NCBI RefSeq assembly: GCF_964194025.1
Contig: NC_134468.1
Location: 68,448,001 to 68,512,000, forward strand
DNA: 64,000 nt
Direction of reading: 5' to 3'
DNA from: Convolutriloba macropyga
Taxonomy: Eukaryota
This document shows positions 50,293-64,000 of this stretch, in pieces (positions within the stretch are counted from its first letter, which is position 1; the number at the start of each line of letters is the position of its first letter). The translations under genes and the position numbers were made by a program. Under the pieces are notes generated by a model. That model saw nothing but the letters and a program-made list of their open reading frames with translations, made no database searches and was not told the DNA's origin.

Positions 50293-50507
50293 AAACTGCT
50301 GAAGACGAAGATGACACGAACGGGGGAAGAGGAGGCAGCAAGAAGGAGGGGGGAGGAGTCGCCAATCCACCTGGGACAGGAGGGGAGGGGGGCACAGGAG
50401 GAGGGGCGGCCGGTGGAGGAGTGGCTGGAGACGGCACAGAAGGGGCCAACACTCAAGGGGAGGAGGGGGAGGAAAATGAGGAGGAGCAAGAGGAAGAAGG
50501 CGAAAAG
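50293..50507 (+). CDS. Second exon of the same acidic, Gly-rich protein
   Basis: Acceptor ttAG at 50291-50292 with phase 1 matching the first exon. Translates ETAEDEDDTNGGRGGSKKEGGGVANPPGTGGEGG...GEEGEENEEEQEEEGEK. Donor AAG|GTAAAA at 50508. The ORF-track frame 50311-50511 is a different frame. Confidence 0.68.
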
Positions 50508-51329
50508 GTAAAACAATGAAATTTCAAAGGCAACTTAAAATAACCGAGAAAGTTTGACCTTTTAGAATTGATAGTTTTATTCTTTTGCAAAATTTATTGG
50601 ATTTTTGTCTTGGAAACTCTCTGTTTTTTATCTTTCTGTTTTTTTCAGCAATACGCACTGCCTTTAAAATGTTTGTCGAGTTATGTCTAGTAATTAAATT
50701 AAATTTTCAGAGATAAAATTATCACTTTCAAAGTATTAGTCTGCAGGTTCCAGTTGTTTTAGTTAGAATTTCTTTATTAAAATTAAATCTTTGAAGCTAA
50801 CTGAGTTGATAACATTCTAGCTATTGTGTAAACTATTGAAATGTGTTAATTTTAGATTGGATTTTGGTAACCTTTTCTCTAAGTCCTCAAAAAATTTAGC
50901 AATCCAAAGTTGGAACACTTAGTGCTAAATCGTTTTCCGTATAACGAGTTTGCACAGACAACGAGCTGGATTATATAGGTGACAACAAAGCAGAAAAATG
51001 AGGAAAAAAACTGATGGTGCATAGTCATTAAAAATTTTGATGCATAATTAGAAATCCTTATGTTCAACTGCAATAAAAAATTATTTTATTGTTTCTAATG
51101 TTTCTGTTAAATAGTAATCAGATTCCCGTTTCTGACCATTTCGAATTACACTTGTTTTTGAAACAATATTACTAAATTCGTCATTTCTGCCCTATTTTTT
51201 ACTCTGTTTGTTACATTGCTCCTTTTCTGTTCTTTTTGTTTTTGACTCATCTTATTTTAATTTGATTGTTTGTGTCAGCATGTAGTCAATGACTTGAATG
51301 ACTCTGATCCCATTTGTTTATTGGAAACA

Positions 51330-54300
51330 TCAATAATTCTTTTTTGGTTTTGCTAGCTTTTATAGTTCTTTTTGTTATATTTTCTCCCTTTTTTCATAAA
51401 GTTACGCGATGCATGCATTCTAAAAACGCCTAGTTGTTGCAAGCCCCTATATTGAGTGAGAGCAATGTACTCAACTTTATTTTTTGGTAAGTCAATTATT
51501 GCCGAGCGATATATATTTAAAGAACAGAGTTGCAAATGTGTTATTAGAACGCTTGTCAATTGAATAAAATCAAGTTCAAACGATTTTCTGAACTAAGCTT
51601 TTCCAAGGAAGTACGCAGGTTTATAATTTTGTGAACATAAGGCTACACTCCTTTGTTTTGTTAAAATTGTTTCAAATTTTGCTGAAATTTTGGTCGAACT
51701 TGCTAAAAAAAATGATAATGTTGTTAACATTAGTCTCAGTGATGTCACCTTTAAAGATAAAAAGAGAGTTTATGAAGTGATTTAACCAATTTTTGGAAGG
51801 AGGTTTCGCTAATTTTTTTAAAAAATTCGTTTTTTTCCACCTTTAATAAAAACTGCCCCCAAAATGCCACTTTGTTTAACGTGACCAAGAAAGTGACCGC
51901 TAGTACAGATATAAAAATTCTGACACCATCTCCGTTTTCACACAGATAAGGAAAATTATTGATTCTGGTTTCTAAGAAAACTCTAAGAAAGACGAAACTC
52001 TAATGTTTTTAGCTAATACTTAACTGTTTCAAGCTGATATAAGTCTTTAGAAATCACAATTTCATCTTATATTTTTGATTTAATGACTTTTTCGTCAAGC
52101 TAGCTGTTGCAGTATTTTCTAAAACAATCTGTCGTTTTAATTCAGGAGCAGCAATATCAACAATAGTGGTGATCTAATTTTGGAGTTCTAAAATCAAAAA
52201 TCATTGGAATTGCAATGGAAAGCATTTTTTAATAAAATTTTTTGGTTTTTAATAGTTAATTTTAGTAGACAATGGTTTTACCCCATTACTTGACAAACCA
52301 AACCTATTAACAATTGAAGGTCAATTAACGTTTTTTAAAAATTCAGGAATAAGCTTATGGTTTTATGGGCTCCAACATTGTTTTCGCATTAACATGTTTA
52401 GTAAATTTTGAGTTCGCCCTGTTTTTGTTTTTTGTAGTCTTTTGACGTAATATCATAAAACAAATGTCGCATTGGCTGGTTAGGTTGTTTACTGCTTGCT
52501 ATTTCGAAGCCTACGGTTGTTATGAAAGCTCTTCTAAGATTTCATTGAAATTCTACGAGACTTCATTGAAATTCTTTTGCGTATTTCCAAATTTTGATGT
52601 TTTTTTGCTTTCTTGTCACATTATCACAATAGTGATAATTTTAAAAACACGTCAGGAGTGTTGTATGAAGAGGCAACTAATTATTTTTTGATTTTTTTTT
52701 GAAAAATTATCATTTTAGCCTTTGAAACCGTTTTCTCAGAAAATTTGGTTGTTTTGTATGACTTTTGACTGTATTTGTTCATTCTGTAGCCGTATCACAT
52801 TTCGGATGATTGCTTTCAATGGGTTCATAGGGATGTAAAAAAGCCATTTAATTGTTTTAGTTGTTCGCTAACAGTTTTCAATTGTTGTTATTTGATGGTA
52901 TTTTTCCACAATGACAAGCTCCATTTTAGTTCTCGCGAAATGCAAGTTAAGTTGTCTAGACAAGTTAAGCTCATTAGTTTAGCTTTTCTATGATGCTGCT
53001 TCAACATTTCAGAGAGATTTATAAAAGAACAGGGAAGCATTGAGTTTTGATTGTAAAAAACCCTTGTTGTTTTATTTGATTGTGTTGTTTGCCTTCTCTC
53101 ATAGTCTCGTTAATGTCGGTATCATTGGCATTTTAATGAGGAATTATTGTTTTTTTAAGTTTCAGCTTAAAGCCATTCCTTAATTGGATTTAATAATAGC
53201 TCTCTAACAATACATGAATTTTTGAAAGTTTTCCATTTCTACCTCATTTGGCTCAGAATAAATTCAAAATTGTGTCCAAACTCACATTACAGAGCTGCCT
53301 GTAAAACAATAATTTTAAAGAGGTTTCCTTGATTTGAAATCTACTAGTTGTAAAAATAGAGTGCAGCAATGAAAGAAGACAAATCGTCGATCAAACGCAA
53401 AAAACAGCATTTGTTGTTTAAAACTTCAATAATTTATTTAGTTGTGTTAATTATTATAGTTCTTTTTGTTACTGTTTCTCATCTATTTCATAAGGTTACG
53501 TGATGCATGCATTCTAAAGACGTCTAGTTGTTGGAACCCTCTGTATTGAGGGAGAGCAATGTACTCAAATTGTTTTTTTCTTCAGTCAATGTTCACCGAT
53601 CGACATATTCAATGAAAAGAGTTGCGAATATGTTATTGTCAATTTAATGAAATCAAGTTTTGTGAACATCTAGTTTTGTAAAGTTTTGTAAAGTTTTGTG
53701 AACATTAGTCTACATTCCTTTGTTTTGTTCACAATTGTTATAATTATTGCTGAAATTATGTTCTAATTTGCAAAAAATATGATAATCTTGTTAACATTAG
53801 TCTCAAGGATGTCACCTCTAAAGTTAAAATAAAAGAGAGTTGATGAATTGATTGAATCCATGTTTTTGGAGGAAATTTTGGCTAAAATTTAGAAAATTCA
53901 GTTTTTTTCACCTTAAATGAAATATGCCCCCAAAATGCCACTTCGTTTAACGTGATCAACAAACAGACCTTTAAAACAGATGCAAAAATTCTGACACCAT
54001 CTCCATTTTCACACAGATAATGGTAATTTTTCTTTCTGGTTTCTAAGAAAGTGCTCTGGAACTACCAATTTGAGGACCTTTCTCTAATTTAAAACGTTTT
54101 TATTAAAAATGCATTATTTACATCTGAGATACCAAAACTTTGGTTCTCCAAAAAATTTAATTCAGAGTTTTCTCAAAATATTGCGTGTTCCATGGGCCGG
54201 GCAAAGAACGCAAAGCCAGTTTTAGTCTTATCGTTTTTGTAATGAAAAACGATTGTGTTTTATTTTGGCTTTGTCCATTTTTGAAATGACTCTCGCGTCT

Positions 54301-57300
54301 TTTTGTTTCCCAATTACAGAAACTTTGCTTTCAATTAGAGGTTCAATTCTGAGAGGTTCAGTCTGTGTTCAAATGAGCCTCAATGAACCAAAAATTTTAT
54401 TTCTGAGTAAAACTCTCGTCTTTCATAGCTCTGACAATTTGTTTTCGTAAGTTTTTAATGAAATTTTGAGTTCTTCCAGCTTTTTTGTTCCTTGTGTTCT
54501 CTTATGACTGAGTCTTATTGATCAAAGATCTTACTCGCTATCTAAGGAACTATCCAGAAAGGCGAAACTCTCTATTGCTTTTAGCTCATATTTAACTATT
54601 TCAAGCTGACAGAGGTCTTTACAAATCACCATTTCATCAAATATTTTTGATTTAATGACTTTTTTGTCAAGTTAGCTGTTGCGGTAACTTCTAAAACAAT
54701 CTGTCGTTTTAATGCAGGAGCAGAGAAAACATGAAAAGTTGTGATCTACTTGAGGGGATTCAAACATCAAAATTTTTTGGGATTGCAATTGAACGCATTT
54801 TTCCTTTAAAATGTTTGATATTTATTAGTTAATTTTAGACCACAAAGATTTTATTTCCCAGAACATTACTTGACAAACCAAACCTAATTGAAATTGAAGG
54901 TCAATGAACCTTTATTTTGATTTCAAGAATAAGCTTATGGTTTCTTTGGCGCCAACATTGTTTTCGCAATAAATTGTTTCATAAATTTTGAGCTAATCCT
55001 TTTTTTTGTGCTTTGTAGTCTTTTGACTCAATATCAGTAAACAAATGTCGCATTGGCTGATTATGTTGTTTACTGTTTGCCTTTTCAAAGATTACTGTTG
55101 TAATGAATTATGGTTTTGAAAATTGTGTTTTCTATAGAAATGAAAGGTTTTCTAAAATTTGCCCCTTTGTTTCTTCTTTATGTCTTTTTGTAGCTTGGTG
55201 TCAGCAAGGAAGAAACAGGACACATCGTCCGTCAAACGAACTAAAAGACAGTATTTGTTGTTGATTTCTCCAATAGGTAATGGCTTTTTGGCTTTGATAT
55301 ATTCAAAGAACAGAGTTGCGAATGTGTTCTTAGAACGCTTGTCAAGTGAATAGAATCAAGTTGAAACGAAGTTTTGAACTTAGCTTTTCCAAGGAAGTAC
55401 GCAGGTTTATAATTTTGTAAACACAAGGCTACACTCCTTTGTTTTGTTACAATTGTTAGAAATTTTGCTAAAATTTTGGTCGAACTTGCTTAAAAAAATG
55501 ATAATGTTGTTAACATTAGTCTCAGTGATGTCACCTTTAAAGATAAAAGGAGAGGTTACGAAGTGATTTAACCAATTTTTGGGAGGAAATTTCGCTAATT
55601 TTTAAAAAATTCAATTTTTTCCGCCTTTAATAAAAACTGCCCCCAAAATGCCACTTTGTTTAACGTGACCAACAAAGTGACCGTTCGTACAGATATAAAA
55701 ATTCTGACATCATATCCGTTTTCACACAGATAAGGAAAATTATGAATTCTGGTCTCTAATAAAGTGCTCTGGAACTACCAATTTGAGGAACTTTCACTAA
55801 TTTAAAGCGTTTTTTATTAAAAATGCATTATCTACATCTGATATACCAAAATTTTTGTTCCTCAAAAAATTTAATTCAGAGTTTTCTGAAATCATTGCGT
55901 TTTTCATCGGCCGAGCAAAGAGTGCAAAGTCAGTTTTAGTCTTATCGTTTTTGTAATGAAAAGCTATTGTTTTATTTCGGCTCTGTCCATTTTTTAAGTG
56001 ATTCCCGCATATTTTGTGTCCCAATTAAAGAAACTTTGCTTTTAATTAGAGGCTCAATTCTGAGAGGTTCAGATTGTGTTCAAATGAGTCTCAATGAACC
56101 ATATATTTTTTTCTGAATAAAACTCTCGTTTTTCATAGCTCCGCCATCTTTTTTTTGTAAAATTTAATGAAATTCTGATTTCTCCCAGTTTTTTTGTTCC
56201 TTGTGTTCTCTTATGACTGAGTCTTATTGATCAAAGATATTGCTTGCTATCCAAGGAGCTATCAAGAAAGACGAAACTCTCTAATGTTTTTAGCTGATAC
56301 TTAACTGTTTCAAGCTGATACTTAACTGTTTCATATTTTTAATTCAATGACTTTTTCGTCAAGCTAGCTGTTGCACTAACTTCTAAAACAATCTGTCGTT
56401 TTAATTCAGGAGCAGCAATATCAACAATAGTGGTGATCTAATTGAGGAGTTCTAAAATCAAAAACAATTGGAATTGCAATGGAACGCATTTTTTCATAAA
56501 ATTTTTTGCTTTTAATAGTTAATTTTAGTACACAATGATTTTATTTCCCAGAACATTACTTGACAAACCAAACCTATTAACAATTGAAGGTCAATTAACG
56601 TTTATTAAAAATTCAGGAATAAGCTTATGGTTTTATGGGCTCCAACATTGTTTTCGCATTAACATGTTTAGTAAATTTTGAGTTCGCCCTTTTTTTGTTT
56701 TTTGTAGTCTTTTGACGTAATATCATAAAACAAATGTCGCATTGGCTGGTTAGGTTGTTTACTGCTTGCTATTTCGAAGCCTACGGTTGTTATGAAAGCT
56801 CTTCTAAGATTTCATTGAAATTCTACGAGACTTCATTGAAATTCTTTTGCGTATTTCCAAATTTTGATGTTTTTTTGCTTTCTTGTCACATTATCACAAT
56901 AGTGATAATTTTAAAAACACGTCAGGAGTGTTGAATGAAGAGGCAACTAATTATTTTTTGATTTTTTTTGAAAAATTATCATTTTAGCCTTTGAAACCGT
57001 TTTCTCAGAAAATTTGGTTGTTTTGTATGACTTTTGACTGTATTTGTTCATTCTATAGCCGTATCACATTTCGGATGATTGTTTTCAATGGGTTCATAGG
57101 GATGTAAAAAAGCCATTTAATTGTTTTAGTTGTTCGCTAACAGTTTTCATTGCTGTTATTTGATGGTATTTTTCCACAATGACAAGCTCCATTTTAGTTC
57201 TCGCGAAATGCAAGTTAAGTTGTCTAGACAAGTTAAGCTCATTAGTTTAGCTTTTCTATGATGCTGCTTCAACATTTCAGAGAGATTTATAAAAGAACAG

Positions 57301-60300
57301 GGAAGCATTGAGTTTTGATTGTAAAAAACCCTTGTTGTTTTATTTGATTGTGTTGTTCGTGCCTTCTCTCATAGTCTTGTTAATGTCGGTATCATTGGCA
57401 TTCTAATGAGGATTTATTGTTTTTTAAGTTTCACCTTAAAGCCACTCCTTAAATGGATTTAATAATAGCTCTCTAACAATAAATGAATTTTTGAAAGTTT
57501 TCCTTTTGTACCTCATTTGGCTCAGAATGAATTCAAAATTGTGTCCAAACTCACATTACACCTGCCTGTAAACTAATAAATTTAAAGAGGTTTCCTTGAT
57601 TTGAAATCTACTAGTTGTAAAAATAGAGTGCAGCAATGAAAGAAGACAAATCGTCGATTAAACGCAAAAAATAGCATTTGTTTTTTAAAACTTCAATAAT
57701 TTATTTAGTTGTGTTAACTCTTATAGTTCTTTTTGTTACTTTTTCTCAATTGTTTCATAAGGTTACATGATGCATGCATTCTAAAAACGCCTAGTTGTTG
57801 AAACCCTCTGTATTGAGGGAGATCAATGTACTCAAATTGTTTTCTTCATCAGTCAATGTTCGCCGATCGATATATTCAATGAAAAGAATTGCGAATATGT
57901 TATTGTCAATTTAATGAAATCAAGTTTTGTGAACATCTAGTTTTGTAAAGTTTTGTAAATTTTGTGAACATTAGTCTACATTCCTTTGTTTTGTTCACAA
58001 TTGTTATAATTTTTGCTGAAATTATGTTCGAATTTGCAAAAAATATGATAAACTTGTTAACATTAGTCTCAATGATGTCACCTCTAAAGATAAAATAAAA
58101 GAGAGTTGATGAATTGATTGAACCCATGTTTTTGGAGGAAATTTTGGCTAAAATTTAGAAAATTTAGTTTTTTTCACCTTAAATGAAATATGCCCCCAAA
58201 ATGCCACTTCGTTTAACGTGATCAACAAACAGACCGTTAAATCAGATACAAAAAATCTGACACCATCTCCATTTTCACACAGATAATGGTAATTTTTTTT
58301 CTGGTCTCTAAAAAAGTGCTCTGGAACTACCAATTTGAGGACCTTTCTCTAATTTAAAACGTTTTTTATTAAAAATGCATTATTTACATCTGAGATACCA
58401 AAACTTTGTTTCTCCAAAAAATTTAATTCAGAGTTTTCTCAAAATATTGCGTGTTTCATGGGCCGGGCAAAGAATGCAAAGCCAGTTTTAGTCTTATCGT
58501 TTTTGTAATGAAAAGCGATTGTGTTTTATTTTGGCTCTGTCCATTTTTTAAATGACTCTTGCGTTTTTTGTGTCCCAATTACAGAAACTTTGCTTTCAAT
58601 TAGAGGTTCAATTCTGAGAGGTTCAGTCTGTGTTCAAATGAGCCTCAATGAACCAAATATTTTATTTCTGAATAAAATTCTCGTTTTTCATAGCTCCGAC
58701 AATTTGTTTTCGTAAGTTTTTAATGAAATTTTGAGTTCTTCCAGCTTTTTTGTTCCTTGTGTTCTCTTATGACTGAGTCTTATTGATCAAAGATCTTACT
58801 CGCTATCTAAGGAACTATCCAGAAAGGCGAAACTCTCTATTGCTTTTAGCTCATATTTAACTATTTCAAGCTGACAGAGGTCTTTACAAATCACCATTTC
58901 ATCAAATATTTTTGATTTAATGACTTTTTTGTCAAGTTAGCTGTTGCGGTAACTTCTAAAACAATCTGTCGTTTTAATGCAGGAGCAGAGAAAACATGAA
59001 AAGTTGTGATCTACTTGAGGAGATTTAAACATCAAAATTTTTTGGGATTGCATTTGAACGCATTTTTCTTTTAAAATGTTTGATATTTATTAGTTAATTT
59101 TAGACCACAAAGATTTTATTTCCCAGAACATTACTTGACAAACCAAACCTAATTGAAAATGAAGGTCAATGAACCTTTATTTTGATTTCAAGAATAAGCT
59201 TATGGTTTGTTTGGCGCCAACATTGTTTTCGCAATAAATTGTTTCATAAATTTTGAGCTAATCCTTTTTTTTGTTCTTTGTAGTCTTTTGACTCAATATC
59301 AGTAAACAAATGTCGCATTGGCTGATTATGTTGTTTACTGTTTGCTTTTTCAAAGATTACTGTTGTAATGAATTATGGTTTTCAAAATTGTGTTTTCTAT
59401 AGAATTGAAAGGTTTTCTAAAAATTGCCCCTTTGTTTCTTCTTTATGTATTTTTGTAGCTTGGTGTCAGCAATGAAAAAACAGGACACATCGTCCGTCAA
59501 ACGAACTAAAAGAGAGTATTTGTTGTTGATTTCTCCAATAGGTAATGGCTTTTTGGCTTTGATATATTCAAAGAACAGAGTTGCGAATGTGTTATTAGAA
59601 CGCTTGTCAAGTGAATAGAATCAAGTTGAAACGATGTTTTGAACTTAGTTTTTCCAAGGAAGTACGCAGGTTTATAATTTTGTAAACACAAGGCTACACT
59701 CCTTTGTTTTGTTACAATTGTTACAAATTTTGCTAAAATTTGGTCGAATTTGCTTAAAAAAATGATAATGTTCTTAACATTAGTCTCAGTGATGTCACCT
59801 TTAAAGATAAAAGGAGAGTTTACGAAGTGATTTAACCAATTTTTGGGAGGAAATTTCGCTAATTTTTAAAAAATTCAATTTTTTTCTACCTTTAATAAAA
59901 ACTGCCGCCAAAATGCCACTTTGTTTAACTTGACCAACAAAGTGACCGTTAGTAGAGATATGAAAATTCTGACACCATCTCCGTTTTCACACAGATAAGG
60001 AAAATTATGAATTCTGGTCTCTAAAAAAGTGCTCTGGAACTACCAGTTCGAGGACCTTTCACTAATTTAAAGCAATTTTATTAAAAATGCATTATCTACA
60101 TCTGATATACCAAAATTTTGGTTCCCCAAAAAATTTAATTTCGAGTTTTCTGAAATTATTGCGTTTTTCATCGGCCGGGCAAAGAGTGCAAAGTCAGTTT
60201 TAGTCTTATCGTTTTTGTAATGAAAAGCGATTGTGTTTTATTTTGGCTCTGTCCATTTTTTAGGTGATTCTGGCATTTTTTGTGTCCCAATTACAGAAAC

Positions 60301-63300
60301 TTTGCTTTTAATTAGAAGTTCAATTCTGAGAGGTTCAGATTGTGTTCAATTGAGTCTCAATGAACCAAATATTTTTTTCTGAATAAAACTCTCGTTTTTC
60401 ATAGCTCCGCCAATTTTTTTTGTAAACGTTTAATGAAATTCTGATTTCTCCCAGTTTTTTTGTTCCTTGTGTTCTCTTATGACTGAGTCTTATGGATCAA
60501 AGATATTGCTTGCTATCTAAGGAGCTATCAAGAAAGACGAAACTCTTTAATGTTTTTAGCTGATACTTAACTGCTTCAAGCTGATATAAGTCTTTAAAAA
60601 TCACAATTTCATCATATATTTTTGATTTAATGACTTTTTCGTCAAGCTAGCTGTTGCAGTAACTTCTAAAACAATCTGTCGTTTAATTCAGGAGCAGCAA
60701 TATCAACAATAGTGGTGATCTAATTGAGGAGTTCTAAAATCAAAAATGATTGGAATTGCATTGGAACGCATTTTTTCATAAAATTTTTTGGTTTTTAATA
60801 GTTAATTTTAGTACACAATGATTTTATTTCCCAGAACATTACTTGACAAACCAAACCTATTAACAATTGAAGGTCAATGAGCGTTTATTAAAAATTCAGG
60901 AATAAGCTTATGGTTTTATGGGCTCCAACGTTGTTTTCGCATTAACTTGTTTAGTAAATTTTGAGTTCTTCCTGTTTTTGTTTTTTGTAGCTTTTTGACG
61001 TAATATCATAAAAACAGATGTCGCATTGGCTGCTTACGTTGTTTGCTGCTTGCTATTTCAAAGCCTACGGTTGTTATGAAAGCTCTTCTAAGATTTCATT
61101 GAAATTCTACGAGACTTCATTGAAATTCTTTTGCATATTTCCAAATTTTGATGTTTTTTTTGCTTTCTTGTCACATTATCACAATAGTGATAATTTTAAA
61201 AACACGTCAGGAGTGTTGAATGAAGAGACAACTAATTAATTTTTTGATTTTTTTTGAAAAGATTATCATTTTAGCCTTTGAAACCGTTTTCTCAGAAAAT
61301 TTTCATTGTTTTGTATGACTTTTGACTGTATTTGTTCAATCTGTAGCCGTATAACATTTCGGATGATTGCTTTCAATGGGTTCATAGGGAAGTAAAAAAG
61401 CCATTCAACTGTTTTAGTTGTTAGCTAACAGTTTTCAATTGCTGTTATTTGATGGTATTTTTCCACAATGACAGGCTCCATTTTTGTTCTCGCGAAATGC
61501 AAGTTAAGTTGTCTAGGCAAGTTAAGCTCATTAGTTTAGCTTTTCTATGATGCTGCTTCAACATTTCAGAGAGATTTATAAAAGAACAAGGAAGCATTGA
61601 GTTTTGATTGTAAAAAACCCTTGTTGTTTTATTTGATTGTGTTGTTTGCCTTCTCTCATAGTCTCGTTAATGTCGGTATCATTGGCATTCTAATGAGGAA
61701 TTATTGTTTTTTAAGTTTCAGCTTAAAGCCATTCCTTATATGGATTTAATAATAGCTCTCTAACAATACATGAATTTTTGAAAGTTTTCCATTTCTACCT
61801 CATTTGGCTCTGAATGAATTCAAAATTGTGTCCAAACTCACATTACAGAGCCTGCCTGTAAACTAATAAATTTAAAGAGGTTTCCTTGATTTGAAATCTA
61901 CTAGATGTAAAAATAGAGTGCAGCAATGAAAGAAGACAAATCGTCGATTAAACGCCAAAAATAGCATTTGTTTATTAAAACTTCAATAATTTATTTAGTT
62001 GTGTTAATTCTTATAGTTCTTTTTGTTACTTTTTCTCAATTGTTTCATAAGGTTACGTGATGCATGCATTCTAAAAACGCCTACTTGTTGGATGGTCGCC
62101 GATCGATATATTCAATGAAAAGAGTTGCGAATATGTTATTGTCAATTTAATGAAATCAATCAAGTTTTGTGAACATCTAGTTTTGTAAAATTTTGTAAAA
62201 TTTTGTGAACATTAGTCTACATTCCTTTGTTTTGTTCACAATTGTTACAATTTTTGCTGATATTATGTTCGAATTTGCAAAAAATATGATAATCTTGTTA
62301 ACATTAGTCTGAATGATGTCACCTCTAGAGTTAAAATAAAAGAGAGTTGATGAATTGATTGAATCCATGTTTTTGGAGGAAATTTTGGCTAAAATTTAGA
62401 AAATTCAGTTTTTTTCACCTTAAATGAAATATGCCCCCAAAATGCCACTTCGTTTAACGTGATCAACAAACAGACCATTAAAACAGATGCAAAAATTCTG
62501 ACACCATCTCCATTTTCACACAGATAATGGTAATTTTTCTTTCTGGTTTCTAAGAAAGTGCTCTGGAACTACCAATTTGAGGACCTTTCTCTAATTTAAA
62601 ACGTTTTTTATTAAAAATGCATTATTTACATCTGAGATACCAAAACTTCGGTTCTCCAAAAAATTTAAATCAGAGTTTTCTCAAAATATTGCGTGTTTCA
62701 TGGGCCGGGCAAAGAATGCAAAGCCAGTTTTAGTGTTATCGTTTTTGTAATGAAAAGCGATTGTGTTTTATTTTGGCTCTTTCCATTTTTGAAATGACTC
62801 TCGCGTTTTTTGTGTACCAATTACAGAAACTTTGCTTTCAATTAGAGGTTCAATTCTAAGAAGTTCAGTCTGTGTTCAAATGAGCCTCAATGAACCATAT
62901 ATTTTATTTCTGAATAAAACTCTCGTTTTTCATAGCTCCGACAATTTGTTTTTGTAAGTTTTTAATGAAATTTTGAGTTCTTCCAGCTTTTTTGTTCCTT
63001 GTGTTCTCTTATAACTGAGTCTTATTGATCAAAGATCTTACTCGCTATCTAAGGAACTATCAAGAAAGGCGAAACTCTCTAATGCTTTCAGCTCAAATAT
63101 AAGTGTTTCAAGCTGACAGAAGTCTTTACAAATCACCATTTCATCAAATATTTTTGATTTAATGACTTTTTCGTCAAGTTAGCTGTTGCGGTAGCTTCTA
63201 AAACAATCTTTCGTTTTGATGCAGGAGCAGCGAAAACATGAATAGTTGTGATCTACTTGAGGAGATTTAAACATCAAAATTTTTCGGGATTGCAATTGAA

Positions 63301-64000
63301 CGCATTTTTTCTTTAAAATTTTTGATATTTATTAATTAATTTTAGACCACAAAGATTTTATTTCCCAGAACATTACTTGACAAACCAAATCTAATTAAAA
63401 TTGAAGGTCAATGTACCTTTATTTTGATTTCAAGAATAAACTTATGGTTTTTTTGGCGCCAACATTGTTTTCGCATTAATTTATTTAGTAAATTTTGAGT
63501 TTGTCTTGTGTTTTTTTTGTAGTCTTTTGACTTAATATCAGTAAACAAATGTCGATTGGCTGGTTAAGTTGTTTACTTTTTGCTATTTCAAAGCTTAGGA
63601 TTGTTATGAATTATGGCTTCGAAAATTGTGTTTTCAAACGAAATGAAAGCTTTTCTAATATTTGCCCCTCTCTATCTTCTTTATGTCATTTTGTAGCTTG
63701 GTGTCAGCAGTGAAAAAACAGGGCACATCGTCCGTCAAACGAACTAAAAGACAGTATTTGCTGTTGATTTCTCCAATATGTAATGGCTTTTTGGCTTTGA
63801 TACTACGAGACTTCATTGAAATTCTTTTGCATATTTCCAAATTTTGATGTTTTTTTGCTTACTTGTCACATTATCACAATAGTGATAATTTTAAAAACAC
63901 GTCAGGAGTGTTGAATGAAGAGGCAACTAAATAGTTTTTCGATTTTTTTTGAAAAGATTATCATTTTAGCCTTTGAAACCGTTTTTTCACAAAATTTGAT
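51330..64000. repeat. ~4.27-kb higher-order tandem repeat made of two related subunits (~2.55 kb and ~1.72 kb); ~3 copies, running off the window
   Basis: Identical or near-identical ORF translations at 52464/56734/61018 and 55159/59424, with related ones at 54253/58521 and 63662. The landmark ttagtct...gatgtcacct occurs at ~51731, 53797, 55516, 58063, 59780 and 62305, alternating between two variants. Confidence 0.95.

Noticed and set aside
52464-63847. Recurrent 60-75 aa ORFs in the satellite (and at 362-565 and 2894-3085)
   Set aside because: Copies of repeat sequence with variable stops and frameshifts and no recognisable domain.

Overview
AT-rich, repeat-dense eukaryotic scaffold, most likely an invertebrate animal, with three N-gaps (25903-26071, 27689-27819, 31757-31956). 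Host genes: (1) the 3' ~2000 codons of a spliced, fused alpha+beta NADH-dependent glutamate synthase (GOGAT) in four + strand exons (4750-4963, 5760-6319, 6554-11091, 13934-14619; the first is not in the ORF track); (2) an M1 aminopeptidase-like exon (37513-38342); (3) two exons of an acidic, Gly-rich protein (46586-46685, 50293-50507) that the ORF track misses. The most striking feature is a ~2.9 kb GC-rich island (~28845-31756). It carries four correctly spliced - strand exons of a plant/green-algal organellar DNA polymerase (POP, family A). It is joined without a gap to host repeat DNA on the left and ends at a 200-N gap on the right. It is either symbiont/algal DNA chimerically assembled into the host scaffold (the more likely explanation) or a genuine alga-to-animal transfer. 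The rest is repeats: a 1.26 kb tandem array with a tRNA-like module, a ~4.27 kb dimeric higher-order satellite and a diverged relative, the 3' half of an EnSpm/CACTA transposon (transposase, 130-bp array, palindrome, terminus), a decayed BEL/Pao retrotransposon, two MITEs and dispersed repeats. GC values are estimates by eye, and family assignments rest on recalled motifs, not on searches.
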